A stretch of DNA of 64,000 bases from an uncultured Acidobacteriota bacterium (GCA_963702425.1 CAVPCQ010000020.1:82264-146263); one strand, 5' to 3'. Counted from the stretch's first letter, positions 30,115-40,084 are shown. A program made the numbers and translations. Notes: a model not told the origin generated them from the sequence alone.

Positions 30115-31353
30115 ATGTCCGCCGTCAAGCCGTTCCGGGCCTACCGCCCCCGGCCTGATCTCGCCCGACTCGTCGCGAGCTTCCCGTACGACGTCATCTC
30201 GTCGGACGAGGCGCGCGCGCTCGCCGCGGGAAACCCCCACTCCTTCCTGCACGTCGGCAAGCCGGAGATCGACCTCGACCCGTCGATCCCGCTCCACGAC
30301 GACCGCGTCTACGCGACGGCGCGCGCGAACCTCGCGCGGATGATCGCCGAGGGCGTGCTGCAACGCGACGCGCGGCCCTGCCTGTCGGTCTACCAGCAGC
30401 GGATGGGCGATCACGTCCAGGCCGGGGTCGTCGGGCTCACGTCGGTCGCGGAGTACGAACGCGACCTGATCAAGAAGCACGAGCACACGCGGAAGGACAA
30501 GGAAGACGACCGGACCCGGCACGTGACGGAGTGCGACGCGAACGCCGAGCCGGTCTTCCTGACCTACCGCAAGGAGCCGGCAATCGACGCGATCGTCGAC
30601 CGCGTCCGCGCCCGGCCACCGCTTCACGACCTGGTGACCGAGGACGGGATCGGGCACACGGTCTGGGTCGTCGACGATCCGGCCGAGATCGACGCCCTGG
30701 TTCGGCTGTTTGCCGCCGTGCCGGCGCTCTATGTCGCCGATGGGCACCACCGCACGGCGGCCGCGGTCCGACACGGACAGGCCGCGCGCGCGAAGCACCC
30801 CGGGGCCGGGCCCGATGCGCCGTTCGAGGGGTTCATGGCGGTCGTCTTCCCGCACGACCAGCTGCAGATCCTCGACTACAACCGCGTGGTGAAGGACCTC
30901 AACGGGCTGACCCCCGCGGCCTTCCTTGGGCGGGTTGCCGAGCGCTTCGAGGTCGTTCCGGCCGGCGGGCCGCGCCCGCGCGCGCCGCACGAGTTCGGCA
31001 TGTTCCTCGAAGGGCGCTGGTACCGGCTCGTCGCGAAGCACGGGACCTTCCCCGCCGGCGATCCCGTGCGCGGCCTCGACGTGTCGATCCTGCAGGACAA
31101 CCTGCTCGCCCCGGTGCTGGGCATCGCCGACCCGCGGACCGACAAACGGATCGACTTCGTCGGCGGCATTCGCGGAACGGCCGGGCTGGAGGCGCGGGTG
31201 CGCGAGGGCTGGGCGGTCGCCTTCTCGCTCTACCCGACGTCGCTCGACCAGCTGATGGCCGTCGCCGACGCCGGGATGGTGATGCCACCGAAATCGACCT
31301 GGTTCGAACCGAAACTCCGTTCCGGGCTGACGGTCCGGACGCTCGACGAGTAG
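30115..31353 (+). CDS. DUF1015 family protein
   Basis: PYDVI, IKKHEHT, YVADGHHR, YNRVV, MPPKSTWFEPKLRSGL; upstream of serA-serC. Confidence 0.9.
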   Translation: MSAVKPFRAYRPRPDLARLVASFPYDVISSDEARALAAGNPHSFLHVGKPEIDLDPSIPLHDDRVYATARANLARMIAEGVLQRDARPCLSVYQQRMGDHVQAGVVGLTSVAEYERDLIKKHEHTRKDKEDDRTRHVTECDANAEPVFLTYRKEPAIDAIVDRVRARPPLHDLVTEDGIGHTVWVVDDPAEIDALVRLFAAVPALYVADGHHRTAAAVRHGQAARAKHPGAGPDAPFEGFMAVVFPHDQLQILDYNRVVKDLNGLTPAAFLGRVAERFEVVPAGGPRPRAPHEFGMFLEGRWYRLVAKHGTFPAGDPVRGLDVSILQDNLLAPVLGIADPRTDKRIDFVGGIRGTAGLEARVREGWAVAFSLYPTSLDQLMAVADAGMVMPPKSTWFEPKLRSGLTVRTLDE

Positions 31354-31384
31354 CGGCGGGCGGACGGAGTCCATGGAGGTTCCG

Positions 31385-32272
31385 ATGAAGATCCTGATGG
31401 CTGACAGCTTCGACGAGTCGCTCCCGGGACGCCTGTCCGCGTTCGGGACGGTGAGCACCGACCTGAACGACCTCGCCGGCGCCGAAGTCCTGCTCGTGCG
31501 GTCCAAGACCAAGGTCACGCGCGAGCTGCTCGACAAGGCGCCGCAACTCAAGCTCGTGATCCGTGGCGGCGTCGGCCTCGACAACGTCGACATCGAGGCC
31601 TGCCGCGAACGCGGAATCGAGGTCCGCAACACGCCGCGCGCTTCGTCGGTCGCGGTGGCCGAGCTGGCGCTGGCGCTGATGCTCGCGGTCCCCAACCGGG
31701 TCGTTGAAGGACACGCGGGGATGAAGGCCGGCCAGTGGCTCAAGAAGGAACTCAAGCGCACCGAGCTCTTCGGCAAGACGCTGGGGCTCCTGGGCGTCGG
31801 GCTGATCGGGACCGAAGTGGCACGCCGCGCGCAGGCGTTCGGGATGAAGGTCGTCGCCCACGATCACTACGTCCCGCACCACGCCCTGGCCGAAATGCTC
31901 GACACCGAGGAGGACCTGTTCGCGGCCTCGGACTACCTCAGCATCCACCTGCCGCTGACCCCCGAAACCAAGGGAATGATCGACGCCCGCGCGATCTCGA
32001 GGATGAAGGACGGGGTCGTGATCGTGAACACCGCGCGCGGCAAGGTCGTGGTCGAGGAGGACCTGGCGGGAGCGCTCAAGACAGGCAAGGTCGGGGCCTA
32101 CGCCACCGACGTCTGGGCCTCGGACCCGCCCGACACGGCGAGTCCGCTGCTCACGGCGCCGAACGTGCTGATGACCCCGCACATCGGGGCCTCGAGCAAG
32201 GAGAACCTGCTGCGGATCGGCGACGCGATCGTCGAGATCCTGACCAAGAGGAAGCTGATGGCGGGCGCCTGA
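31385..32272 (+). CDS. serA: D-3-phosphoglycerate dehydrogenase (short form, no ACT domain)
   Basis: VRSKTKV, GVGLDNVD, GVGLIG, NTARG, TPHIGAS; next to serC. Confidence 0.82.
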   Translation: MKILMADSFDESLPGRLSAFGTVSTDLNDLAGAEVLLVRSKTKVTRELLDKAPQLKLVIRGGVGLDNVDIEACRERGIEVRNTPRASSVAVAELALALMLAVPNRVVEGHAGMKAGQWLKKELKRTELFGKTLGLLGVGLIGTEVARRAQAFGMKVVAHDHYVPHHALAEMLDTEEDLFAASDYLSIHLPLTPETKGMIDARAISRMKDGVVIVNTARGKVVVEEDLAGALKTGKVGAYATDVWASDPPDTASPLLTAPNVLMTPHIGASSKENLLRIGDAIVEILTKRKLMAGA

Positions 32273-32293
32273 GCCCGCCGACGGAGGAATCGC

Positions 32294-33391
32294 ATGGCTC
32301 GGGTCATCAACTTCTACGCCGGCCCCGCCGGCCTGCCGCTCCCGGCGCTGGAAAAGGCCCAGCGCGAGCTGCTCGACTTCGGCGGCGCCGGGATGTCGGT
32401 GATGGAGATCAGCCACCGCGCCAAGGAGTACGACGCGGTCCACACCGAGGCGCTCGCGCTGGTCAGGGAACTGCTCGCGGTCCCGGACAACTTCAAGATC
32501 CTGCTGATCCAGGGGGGCGGAAACCTGCAGTTCGGCATGGTGCCGATGAACTTCGTCTACGGCGGCCGGGTCGGCGACTACATCGACACCGGGAACTGGG
32601 CGAAGAAGGCCTACAAGGAGGCCAGGATCGTCGTCGGCGACGCCGCCAAGCTGGCTGCGACGACCGAGACCGAGCAGTACGCCAGGCTGCCGCGGCCGGA
32701 CGAGATCAAGCGCACGCCCGGCGCGGCCTACCTGCACTTCTGCTCCAACAACACGATCGAAGGGACGCAGTGGCAGTCGTTCCCTGATGGGAACGGGGCG
32801 CCGCTCGTCTGCGACATGTCCTCCGACATCATGTGGCGGCCGATCGACGTCGCGCCGTTCGGCCTGATCTACGCCGGCGCGCAGAAGAACCTCGGGCCCT
32901 CCGGCGTGACGGTCGTGATCATCCGCGACGACTTCCTGGCGCAGGCGCAAACCGAGAAGCTCACGACCTACCTGCGTTACTCGATCCACGCCGAGAAGAA
33001 CAGCCTCTACAACACGCCGCCCTGCTTCGGGATCTACATCCTGCGCAACGTGCTCGAGTACAACAAGTCGATCGGCGGCCTGCCGGAGATCGAGCGCCGC
33101 AACCGCGAGAAGGGGCGCCTGCTCTACGGCACGATCGACAAGCACCCCGACTTCTTCCGGAGCACGGTCTCGGCGAAGGCCGACCGCTCGTTCATGAACG
33201 TCACCTTCCGGCTGCCGAGCGAGGAGCTGGACGCGAAGTTCGTGGCCGAGGCGAAGAAGGCCGGTATGGTCGGCCTCAAGGGGTACCGGACCGTCGGCGG
33301 GATCCGCGTCTCGACCTACAACGCCGTCTCGGTCGACGACGTGAAGACGCTGGTCTCGTTCATGGAGGAGTTCCTCCGGACAAACGGCTAG
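32294..33391 (+). CDS. serC: Phosphoserine aminotransferase
   Basis: NFYAGP, SVMEISHR, NNTIEG, DMSS, YAGAQKNLGP, YNTPP, RS.MNVTF. Confidence 0.96.
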   Translation: MARVINFYAGPAGLPLPALEKAQRELLDFGGAGMSVMEISHRAKEYDAVHTEALALVRELLAVPDNFKILLIQGGGNLQFGMVPMNFVYGGRVGDYIDTGNWAKKAYKEARIVVGDAAKLAATTETEQYARLPRPDEIKRTPGAAYLHFCSNNTIEGTQWQSFPDGNGAPLVCDMSSDIMWRPIDVAPFGLIYAGAQKNLGPSGVTVVIIRDDFLAQAQTEKLTTYLRYSIHAEKNSLYNTPPCFGIYILRNVLEYNKSIGGLPEIERRNREKGRLLYGTIDKHPDFFRSTVSAKADRSFMNVTFRLPSEELDAKFVAEAKKAGMVGLKGYRTVGGIRVSTYNAVSVDDVKTLVSFMEEFLRTNG

Positions 33392-34236
33392 GACGCCGCG
33401 AGGAGCGCGCCGTAGCCCTCGCGATAGGTCGGGAAGAGCAGGTGGAACCCCGAGGCGCGCAGCCGGCGGTTGCTGCAGCGCTTGGCGCTGCGTCCGCGCA
33501 TCGGGTCGTCGGCCGCACCGTCCGGCTCGGGCGGGGGCGGGGCTACGCCCAGCCGCTCCGCGAGGAAGGCCAGCACGTCCGCCAGTTCGGCGGGCTCATC
33601 GTCGACGCCGATGTACAGTGGGTCCGGCGCGTCCAGCGCCAGGAGGTGCGCGATCGCGCGCGCCGCGTCGTCGCGGTGGATCCGGTTCGTCCACGAGCCC
33701 GGCGGGGGCCTGCGCGCGGTGCCTTCACGCACCCGGTCGATCCAGAGCGTTCGCCCCGGGCCGTAGATCCCGGCGAGGCGCAGCACGACCGCCGGGAACG
33801 GCCCGCCCAGGACAGCCTGCTCCCCTTCCACCATCACCCGGCCTGAGAAGTCCACCGGAGCGGCGGGCGAGGCCTCGTCGACCCAGCTGCCGTCGCGCTG
33901 CGGAAAGACGCCGGTGCTCGACACGGAGAGTACCCGGTGCGGCGCTTGTCCCTGCTCCGCCAGTGCCGCGAGGAGATTCCGCGGACCGTCGAGGTAGGCC
34001 GCACGGTAGCAGGGCTCGGTGGGGCCGTTCGCGGCCGCGGCATAAACCACCGCGTCGAGCGCCGGCGGCAGGCCGCGCAGCGTGGCGCGGTCCGTGAGGT
34101 CTGCGGCAAACGGCTGGACGCCCGGGGGCAGACCCTCCGGGTGGCGCGACAGGCCCCACGCGGCGTGCCCCCCGGCGACGAGACGGAGGGCGAGTTCGCG
34201 GCCAACGTAGCCGCACCCCGCGATCAGGACGCGCAT
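33388..34236 (-). CDS. Atypical SDR / NAD-dependent epimerase family protein (YeeZ-like)
   Basis: IAGCGYVG, SSTGV, LRLAGIYGPGR, NRIHRDD, KRCSN. Confidence 0.85.
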   Translation of the reverse strand: MRVLIAGCGYVGRELALRLVAGGHAAWGLSRHPEGLPPGVQPFAADLTDRATLRGLPPALDAVVYAAAANGPTEPCYRAAYLDGPRNLLAALAEQGQAPHRVLSVSSTGVFPQRDGSWVDEASPAAPVDFSGRVMVEGEQAVLGGPFPAVVLRLAGIYGPGRTLWIDRVREGTARRPPPGSWTNRIHRDDAARAIAHLLALDAPDPLYIGVDDEPAELADVLAFLAERLGVAPPPPEPDGAADDPMRGRSAKRCSNRRLRASGFHLLFPTYREGYGALLAAS

Positions 34237-34246
34237 GGATGCGAGT

Positions 34247-34903
34247 CTAGAACAGCTGCGGCGGCTCGCCGAGCAGCTCGCGCACCGGGGCGTAGCGTCG
34301 CCGGTGCTCGGGGCTCGGCCCCAGGCTGGCCAGCGCCGCGAGGTGATCCGCGGTGCCGTACCCCTTGTGCTGCGCGAACCCGTACCCCGGGTAGAGCAAA
34401 TCGAGGTCCTGCATCATCTCGTCGCGGTGGACCTTGGCCAGGATGCTTGCCGCGGCGATGCAGAGGTGGCGGCGATCGCCGCCCACGACGGCCTGCTGCG
34501 GGATCGGGACGTCCGGCAGGCGCCGCGCGTCGATCAGCACGAAGTCGGCCGGCGGCGAAAGCGCGAGCACGGCCCGGGTCATCCCGCGCACCGCGGCGGT
34601 GAGCGGTCCGACCTCGTCGACCTCGGCCGCAGGGACGACCGCGATGGCCCACGCCGCGGCGCGCAGCCGGATCTCCTTCGCCATCGCCTCCCGCTGGCGA
34701 GCGGTGAGGCGCTTGCTGTCGTCCACGCCGAGGAGTCCGACTCCGGAGCGCAGCACCACCGCCGCCGCGACGAGCGGACCGGCAAGCGGTCCCGCCCCCG
34801 CTTCGTCGGTACCAGCAATGAAGCGGTAGCCCTCGAGCCGCAACTCGCGCTCGCGGCGCAGCAGCTCATGATGATGGTCGTTCGGATCGGCCCGCTGAGA
34901 CAT
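34247..34903 (-). CDS. rnhB: Ribonuclease HII
   Basis: GTDEAGAGPLAGP, DSKRL, IAAASILAKV.RD, HKGYGT, HRR. Confidence 0.93.
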   Translation of the reverse strand: MSQRADPNDHHHELLRRERELRLEGYRFIAGTDEAGAGPLAGPLVAAAVVLRSGVGLLGVDDSKRLTARQREAMAKEIRLRAAAWAIAVVPAAEVDEVGPLTAAVRGMTRAVLALSPPADFVLIDARRLPDVPIPQQAVVGGDRRHLCIAAASILAKVHRDEMMQDLDLLYPGYGFAQHKGYGTADHLAALASLGPSPEHRRRYAPVRELLGEPPQLF

Positions 34904-34911
34904 GCGGGAGG

Positions 34912-34921
34912 ATTCTATAAT
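34912..34921. promoter_or_regulatory. Overlapping divergent -10 elements (TAGAAT on -, TATAAT on +)
   Basis: ATTCTATAAT between the divergent rnhB and tmk genes; perfect TATAAT in a GC-rich context. Confidence 0.65.
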
Positions 34922-34994
34922 CCCCGCACCCCCGCCCGGGCCCTGTCACACACCTGTCACAGAGCCCCGGTGCGGGCGGGGAGAGGCACCCCCC

Positions 34995-35660
34995 ATGGCG
35001 CCCGGTCGCGGGTTGTTCGTCACGCTGGAAGGGATCGAAGGGGCGGGCAAGTCGACCCAGGCCCGGCGGCTCGCCCGCGCCCTGGCGGCGACGGGCCACC
35101 CGGTCGTCGCGACGCGGGAACCGGGCGGCGGCACCGCCTTCGGCGAGGCGCTCCGCGCACTCCTGAAGGACCCCGCCGTCTGGCGGGAACTGGGACTGGC
35201 CGAGATCTATCTCTACGCCGCCGCGCGCTGTCATCACCTCGAGTCGCTGATCCTGCCTGCGCTCGACCGCGGTGCGATCGTCGTCTGCGACCGCTACCTC
35301 GACTCCACCCGGGTCTACCAGGGGGTCGGTCGCGGCCGCTCGCCGGAGCTGATCGAGCAACTGCACGCGCTGCCGCCCCTCACCGAGCGGCCGGACCGCA
35401 CGCTCCTGCTCGACGTGCCGGTCGAGGAGGGGCTCGCGCGTGCCCGGCAGCGGACCGAGGAGGCTCCCTCCGGCTACGACGGGGAGGACGTCCTCTTCTT
35501 CGCCCGCGTGCGCAGCGGATTCCTCGCGATCGCGTGCCGCGAGCCGGAGCGGGTTCGGGTCGTCGACGGGACCGGCACCGAGGACGCGGTCCACGCGCGC
35601 CTCGTGGCCGCGCTGGCCGACCTCGTGCCGGGGCTCCGTCCCGACTGGAGCGGGCCGTGA
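34995..35660 (+). CDS. tmk: Thymidylate kinase
   Basis: EGIEGAGKSTQ, TREPGG, CDRY.DS...YQG. Confidence 0.94.
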   Translation: MAPGRGLFVTLEGIEGAGKSTQARRLARALAATGHPVVATREPGGGTAFGEALRALLKDPAVWRELGLAEIYLYAAARCHHLESLILPALDRGAIVVCDRYLDSTRVYQGVGRGRSPELIEQLHALPPLTERPDRTLLLDVPVEEGLARARQRTEEAPSGYDGEDVLFFARVRSGFLAIACREPERVRVVDGTGTEDAVHARLVAALADLVPGLRPDWSGP

Positions 35661-36742
35661 CCGACCGCGACACGCTGACCGCACCACCCCCGCTCGCACG
35701 CATCCTCGGGCAGACGGCCGCCACCGACGCGCTGGCGGCCCTCGCCGCGCTGGCCCACTCCGGCGACCCGGTCCCGCCGCTCCTGCTCTTCGGCCCGGAG
35801 GGGGTCGGCAAGCGCACCGCCGCGCTGGCCTTCGCGGCCGCCCTGGCCTGCCCGAACCGGGTCGGAACCGACCCCTGCGGGCACTGCGGACCGTGCCTGC
35901 GGATCGCCGCGGCCGAGGCCGTGACCGCGCTGCGCGAAGGGTCGACCGCGCAGGATGCCCCTCGCTCCTATCCCGACTCCGGCCTGGTCTCGATCCCCCG
36001 CGGGAAGACGCGGATCTCCGTGCTGCAGACCCGCGACATCGCGCTGTCGCTGTCGCTCCAGCCGTTCGAGCTGACGCGGCGGATCTACATCGTCGATCCG
36101 GCCGACGCGATGAGCGCCGGTGCCGCGAACGCGCTGCTGAAAGTGCTCGAGGAGCCGCCCCCCTACGGAGTGCTCCTGCTCGTCACGGCCGCGCCGTGGG
36201 CGCTGCCGATCACGGTCCGGTCGCGCCTGCGCCCGATTCGCTTCCGGCCGCTGCCGGAGGCGATCGTCGAGCGGCTGCTCGTCGCCGAGGGGTCGTCGCC
36301 GGAGGACGCCGCGACGCGGGCGCGGCGCGCCGCGGGGAGCCTCGCCCGCGCCCGGGCGCTCGACCTCGACGGCGAGGCGAAGCGGCTCGAGGCCTGGGTG
36401 CAGATCCTCGAGCGGCTCGGCGCGCGGGCGCCCGCCCCGCCGCTGGCGGTGCTCGCCGGCGAGGCCTTCGGCGGCTCCCCGACCGAGGCGCTGGAGGGAC
36501 TCGCCGTGCTGCTCGCCGCGCTGCGCGACGTCGCCGCGGCGCACGCGGGGGCCGCGCCACGAACACTCTCACCGGAGGCTGCGGCGGGGCTGGCCCCGGC
36601 CGCGACGACGCTGCTGGGGCCCGCGCTCGACCGCGCCAGCGCGGTCGAGACCCTGCGGCGCGAGATCGTGTCGATCAACCGCAACCCGCGGCTCGGCGTC
36701 GAGGGGGCGGTGCTGGCCCTCGCCGGCGCGCTGCGTCCCTGA
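35657..36742 (+). CDS. holB: DNA polymerase III subunit delta'
   Basis: LLFGPEGVGK, Zn module C...CGHCGPC, AANALLKVLEEP, TVRSR; follows tmk. Confidence 0.88.
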   Translation: MTDRDTLTAPPPLARILGQTAATDALAALAALAHSGDPVPPLLLFGPEGVGKRTAALAFAAALACPNRVGTDPCGHCGPCLRIAAAEAVTALREGSTAQDAPRSYPDSGLVSIPRGKTRISVLQTRDIALSLSLQPFELTRRIYIVDPADAMSAGAANALLKVLEEPPPYGVLLLVTAAPWALPITVRSRLRPIRFRPLPEAIVERLLVAEGSSPEDAATRARRAAGSLARARALDLDGEAKRLEAWVQILERLGARAPAPPLAVLAGEAFGGSPTEALEGLAVLLAALRDVAAAHAGAAPRTLSPEAAAGLAPAATTLLGPALDRASAVETLRREIVSINRNPRLGVEGAVLALAGALRP

Positions 36743-36767
36743 CCGTCGATCCAGGAGGAGCCACGAG

Positions 36768-37070
36768 ATGCCCGAGAAGCCCCCGGCACGGCGAGAGGCC
36801 CCGCAGCTCACGATCAAGATCAGCGAGGAGATGCAGCGCGGGGTCTACGCCAACCGCGTCGTGATCGGCCACACCCGCGACGAGTTCGTGTTCGATTTCA
36901 TCGCCGAGCTGCCGCCGGGACCGGTCGTGGTCGCGCGCGTGATCACGTCCCCCTCGCACGCCGCCGCCCTGCTCGACGCGCTGGCCGAGAACGTCGCGCG
37001 TTACGAAAAGGACCACGGCACGATCCGACGCGGCCAGCCGCCGATGCCGCCGCCGCAGTTCAGCGCTTAG
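36768..37070 (+). CDS. DUF3467 family protein
   Basis: GVYAN...HT..EFVFDF...ARVITSPSHA...L.ENV..YE..HG.I; RBS AGGAGG. Confidence 0.85.
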   Translation: MPEKPPARREAPQLTIKISEEMQRGVYANRVVIGHTRDEFVFDFIAELPPGPVVVARVITSPSHAAALLDALAENVARYEKDHGTIRRGQPPMPPPQFSA

Positions 37071-37097
37071 CCGGGGGCGCCGCGCGCAGGTCGTCCG

Positions 37098-38705
37098 TCA
37101 CCGGTGCTTCCCGCTCGCGGCGGGCAGTTCCATGCGGGCCGTCCCCGACGCGAGATCGACGACGAGCGTCCCCTTCGTCAGCACGTCGAGCCCGACGAAG
37201 GCGATCAGTCCCACTCCCGCGTGCCGCGCGCGGTCCGCGAGGTCGATCACGCCGACGTCCCTGAGCGGCACGTCGGCGCCGGCGACGAGGACGCGCACCG
37301 TCGCCACCTGCCCCGCGAACTCGACTTGTCCGCCATAGGCCGAGGCCGAGCGCTGGCCGCGCTGGGTCAATGCCGACAGCTCCTCTGCGGCCGACAGCTC
37401 GATCAGCGTGCGCGAAGCCCCGGTGTCGAGCAGCGCCAGTCCGTCGACCGCTCCGGCCGGGCCGACCAGGCGCGCCGGCACGAGCAGCTGCCCCTCGACC
37501 TCGACGATCGGGATCCGCGGCGCCGCGGGCCAAGGGTCGAGCGCCAGCGGATCGTCCCCATCTTCGACCGCCTCCGTCTCCTCGATCGAGGCCGTGTGCG
37601 TGGCGGCATCGAGCCGGATCCTCGTCCCGCCGAGAACGTCGAACCCGACGATCGCGCGGTAGACCCCCTGCGGGTGCAGCGAACCCTCGGCGACGACGCC
37701 CAGCGCGTCGGCGAACCGCACCGGCCCGAAGTCGAGGTGCGGCACGATCGCGCGCTCGACGCCGTGCTCCTTGTCGCCGCCGCCCCCGACGAGCGTCCCG
37801 CTCGAGACCGGCTGCAGGTCGATCTTCTTCGCTGCGTTGTCCGCGAGATGCAGGCCGGACGCGCCGCTGTCGAACAGCGCCGGCACGCTCGCCTTCCCTC
37901 CCAGGCCGAGGCGGACGATCCAGCCGTTGACCTGGCCCGGCCGCGCGGTGTAAGGCTCGAGCGGCAGCGTCCCCGGCAGCTCGGCCTTCTCGAGCACCCA
38001 GATCGGGCGCTCGCCGAGCGTCGTGAGAAAGTCGAGCGTCTCCCGCGCCGCGCGGATCCGGTCGGGCGATTCGCCGCGCGCCGCGGCCGTGTCGAGGTAA
38101 CGCGCAAGCAGCGATCGCGAGGCGGCGCGCGACTCGGCGATGCGGGAGAGCCCCAGGAGCGCCCCCACCTCCTGCGGGTCGAGCGCGAGCGCGCGCTCGA
38201 ATGCCGCGCGCGCGGCGCGCGGGCGGAAGCGCGCGGAGAGTACGCGGCCGAGCGTGGTCCAGGCCAGTGCCGAGCGCTCGTCGAGCGCGAGTGCGGCGCG
38301 GGCCGAAACCCACGCGTCGCGCGGCCGGCCGCAGCGCCAGGAGAGCGAAGCGTGCCAGGCGAGCAGGTCGGCGTCGGTCGCCAGGACCGGCTCCAGCGCC
38401 ACCCGGTCGGCGGCACCGCAGGCCCCGCGCCCGGTGCGGTGGAGCGCGTCGGCGAGCGCCAGGCCGTGCGCCGCGCAGTCCGGGTCCTCGTCGCGGGCCG
38501 CCTCGGCCGCGCGCCGCTCGAGGAGCGCCGTGCTCTCGCCGAGCCGGGCCGAGCCGGCTGCCGCGCAGCGCGCGGCGACGAGCGGCGGTCCCGGATCGGT
38601 CGGGAGCGGCGCGTCCGGCACTCGCTGGGCCGGTGCCGGACCGACCGCTGCGGCGACGAACAGCAGCAGCCCGACGGCGCGGCGCGCGACGGACGCGGCG
38701 ATCAC
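37098..38705 (-). CDS. Exported TPR protein with two retropepsin-like aspartyl protease domains
   Basis: Signal peptide, TPR-like helices, LFDSGAS...IVGFDVL and LLDTGAS...VGLDVL. Confidence 0.8.
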   Translation of the reverse strand: MIAASVARRAVGLLLFVAAAVGPAPAQRVPDAPLPTDPGPPLVAARCAAAGSARLGESTALLERRAAEAARDEDPDCAAHGLALADALHRTGRGACGAADRVALEPVLATDADLLAWHASLSWRCGRPRDAWVSARAALALDERSALAWTTLGRVLSARFRPRAARAAFERALALDPQEVGALLGLSRIAESRAASRSLLARYLDTAAARGESPDRIRAARETLDFLTTLGERPIWVLEKAELPGTLPLEPYTARPGQVNGWIVRLGLGGKASVPALFDSGASGLHLADNAAKKIDLQPVSSGTLVGGGGDKEHGVERAIVPHLDFGPVRFADALGVVAEGSLHPQGVYRAIVGFDVLGGTRIRLDAATHTASIEETEAVEDGDDPLALDPWPAAPRIPIVEVEGQLLVPARLVGPAGAVDGLALLDTGASRTLIELSAAEELSALTQRGQRSASAYGGQVEFAGQVATVRVLVAGADVPLRDVGVIDLADRARHAGVGLIAFVGLDVLTKGTLVVDLASGTARMELPAASGKHR

Positions 38706-40084
38706 TCCGGCACCTCGCGCGGTACGAGCCGGACGACCGCTTCCAGGTGCGGCGTCTGCGGAAAGAGGTCGACCGCTGCGATCTCGCCGGGCTCGAAGCC
38801 GGCGGCCGCGAACGCGCGGAGGTCGCGCGCCAGGGTCGCCGGGTGGCACGACACGAGCACCACGCGGCGCGGCCCCAGCGCCGCGATCGCGTGCGGCAGG
38901 TCGGGTCCGAGACCGGCGCGCGGCGGGTTGGCGGTCACGGCGTCGAAGCGCTCGCCGGCCGCGGCCAGCGCGCGGGTGACCGCCTGCGCTTCGCCCGCCA
39001 GGAAGGTCACACCGTCCCGGCCGGCGCGCCGCGCGCTGCGCCGTGCGCGATCGACGGTCGCCGGGTGGCTCTCCACCCCCAGGACCTCGCACGGCGCGTC
39101 GACGCCGAGCAGTCCGATCGCCCCCACGCCGCAGAAGAGATCGAGCAGGCGGCCCGGCGGCGGCCCGGCGGGAGGTGCGAGCATGCTGCGTACGACATCG
39201 TAGAGCGCCTCGGCCGCCGACGGGTTGACCTGCAAGAAAGTCGTCGCACCCAGCTCCAGCTCGGCAGAGCCGATCCGTTCCAGCAGCTCGTCTCGCCCGG
39301 CGAGCAGCGTTTCGCGGCCGTCGTCAGGACCGGGAACCCCCTCCACCCGCACGATCCCCGCCAGCTGCGGCTCCGTGGCGACCAGCTCGCGCGAGGCGCG
39401 CTCGAGCGCCCGCGCCTCGCCCGGCGGCCCGAACAGGACGAGCAACCACTCGGCGGCGGCGAACGAGCCGCGGGCCTCGATCCGCAGCGGCCAGAAGCCG
39501 CCCCCCGGCGACAGTTCGTCGAGGCGCGCGACCAGGCGCTGCGCGAGTCGCGAGGCCGGCTCCGGCGCGAGACGGCAGTCGTCGACGGCGACGATCGCCC
39601 CCGCGACGCCGCGCGGATGGAACCCGATCGCGGCACCGTCCGCGCGCGATGAGATCGCGAAGCGCACGCGCCCCCGGTAGCGCAGCGCGCGCGGCGAGGG
39701 GATGACGCGCACGACCTCGGGAGCCGCGAGGCCGCCGATCCGGCGCAAGGTCTGCTCGAGGTGCCGCACCTTGAGCGCCTGCTGCGCCTCGGGCGCGAGG
39801 ACCATCAGGGGACAGCCACCGCACGCGGCCTGGAACGGGCACGGCGGTTCGACGCGCGCCGGGGACGGGCTGCGAAGGGCGACCAGCGCCGCCTCGACCA
39901 CGCCGCGCCGGACACGGCCGACGCGCACCTCGGCGAGGTCGCCCGGCACCGCACCCGGGACGAAGACGACCCACCCGTCGGCGCGCGCCACGCCGGTCCC
40001 CTCCGAGGTCAGGTCCTCGATCGCGACGGTGAGGCGCGCGCCGGGACGCGGAGGAGGTGCGGAGCGAGCGGAGAGCGGACTCAT
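38702..40084 (-). CDS. rlmD: 23S rRNA m5U methyltransferase (RlmD/RumA family, TRAM domain)
   Basis: TRAM (VFVPGAVPGD), CPFQAACGGC Fe-S motif, FLQVN, DLFCGVG, NPPRAG, VSC.PATLARD, DLFPQTPHLE. Confidence 0.88.
   Translation of the reverse strand: MSPLSARSAPPPRPGARLTVAIEDLTSEGTGVARADGWVVFVPGAVPGDLAEVRVGRVRRGVVEAALVALRSPSPARVEPPCPFQAACGGCPLMVLAPEAQQALKVRHLEQTLRRIGGLAAPEVVRVIPSPRALRYRGRVRFAISSRADGAAIGFHPRGVAGAIVAVDDCRLAPEPASRLAQRLVARLDELSPGGGFWPLRIEARGSFAAAEWLLVLFGPPGEARALERASRELVATEPQLAGIVRVEGVPGPDDGRETLLAGRDELLERIGSAELELGATTFLQVNPSAAEALYDVVRSMLAPPAGPPPGRLLDLFCGVGAIGLLGVDAPCEVLGVESHPATVDRARRSARRAGRDGVTFLAGEAQAVTRALAAAGERFDAVTANPPRAGLGPDLPHAIAALGPRRVVLVSCHPATLARDLRAFAAAGFEPGEIAAVDLFPQTPHLEAVVRLVPREVPE

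Noticed and set aside
34235-35656. Apparent long N-terminal extension of HolB (835-aa ORF)
   Set aside because: It overlaps rnhB (antisense) and tmk (other frame). The GTGA overlap at 35657 is the natural start.
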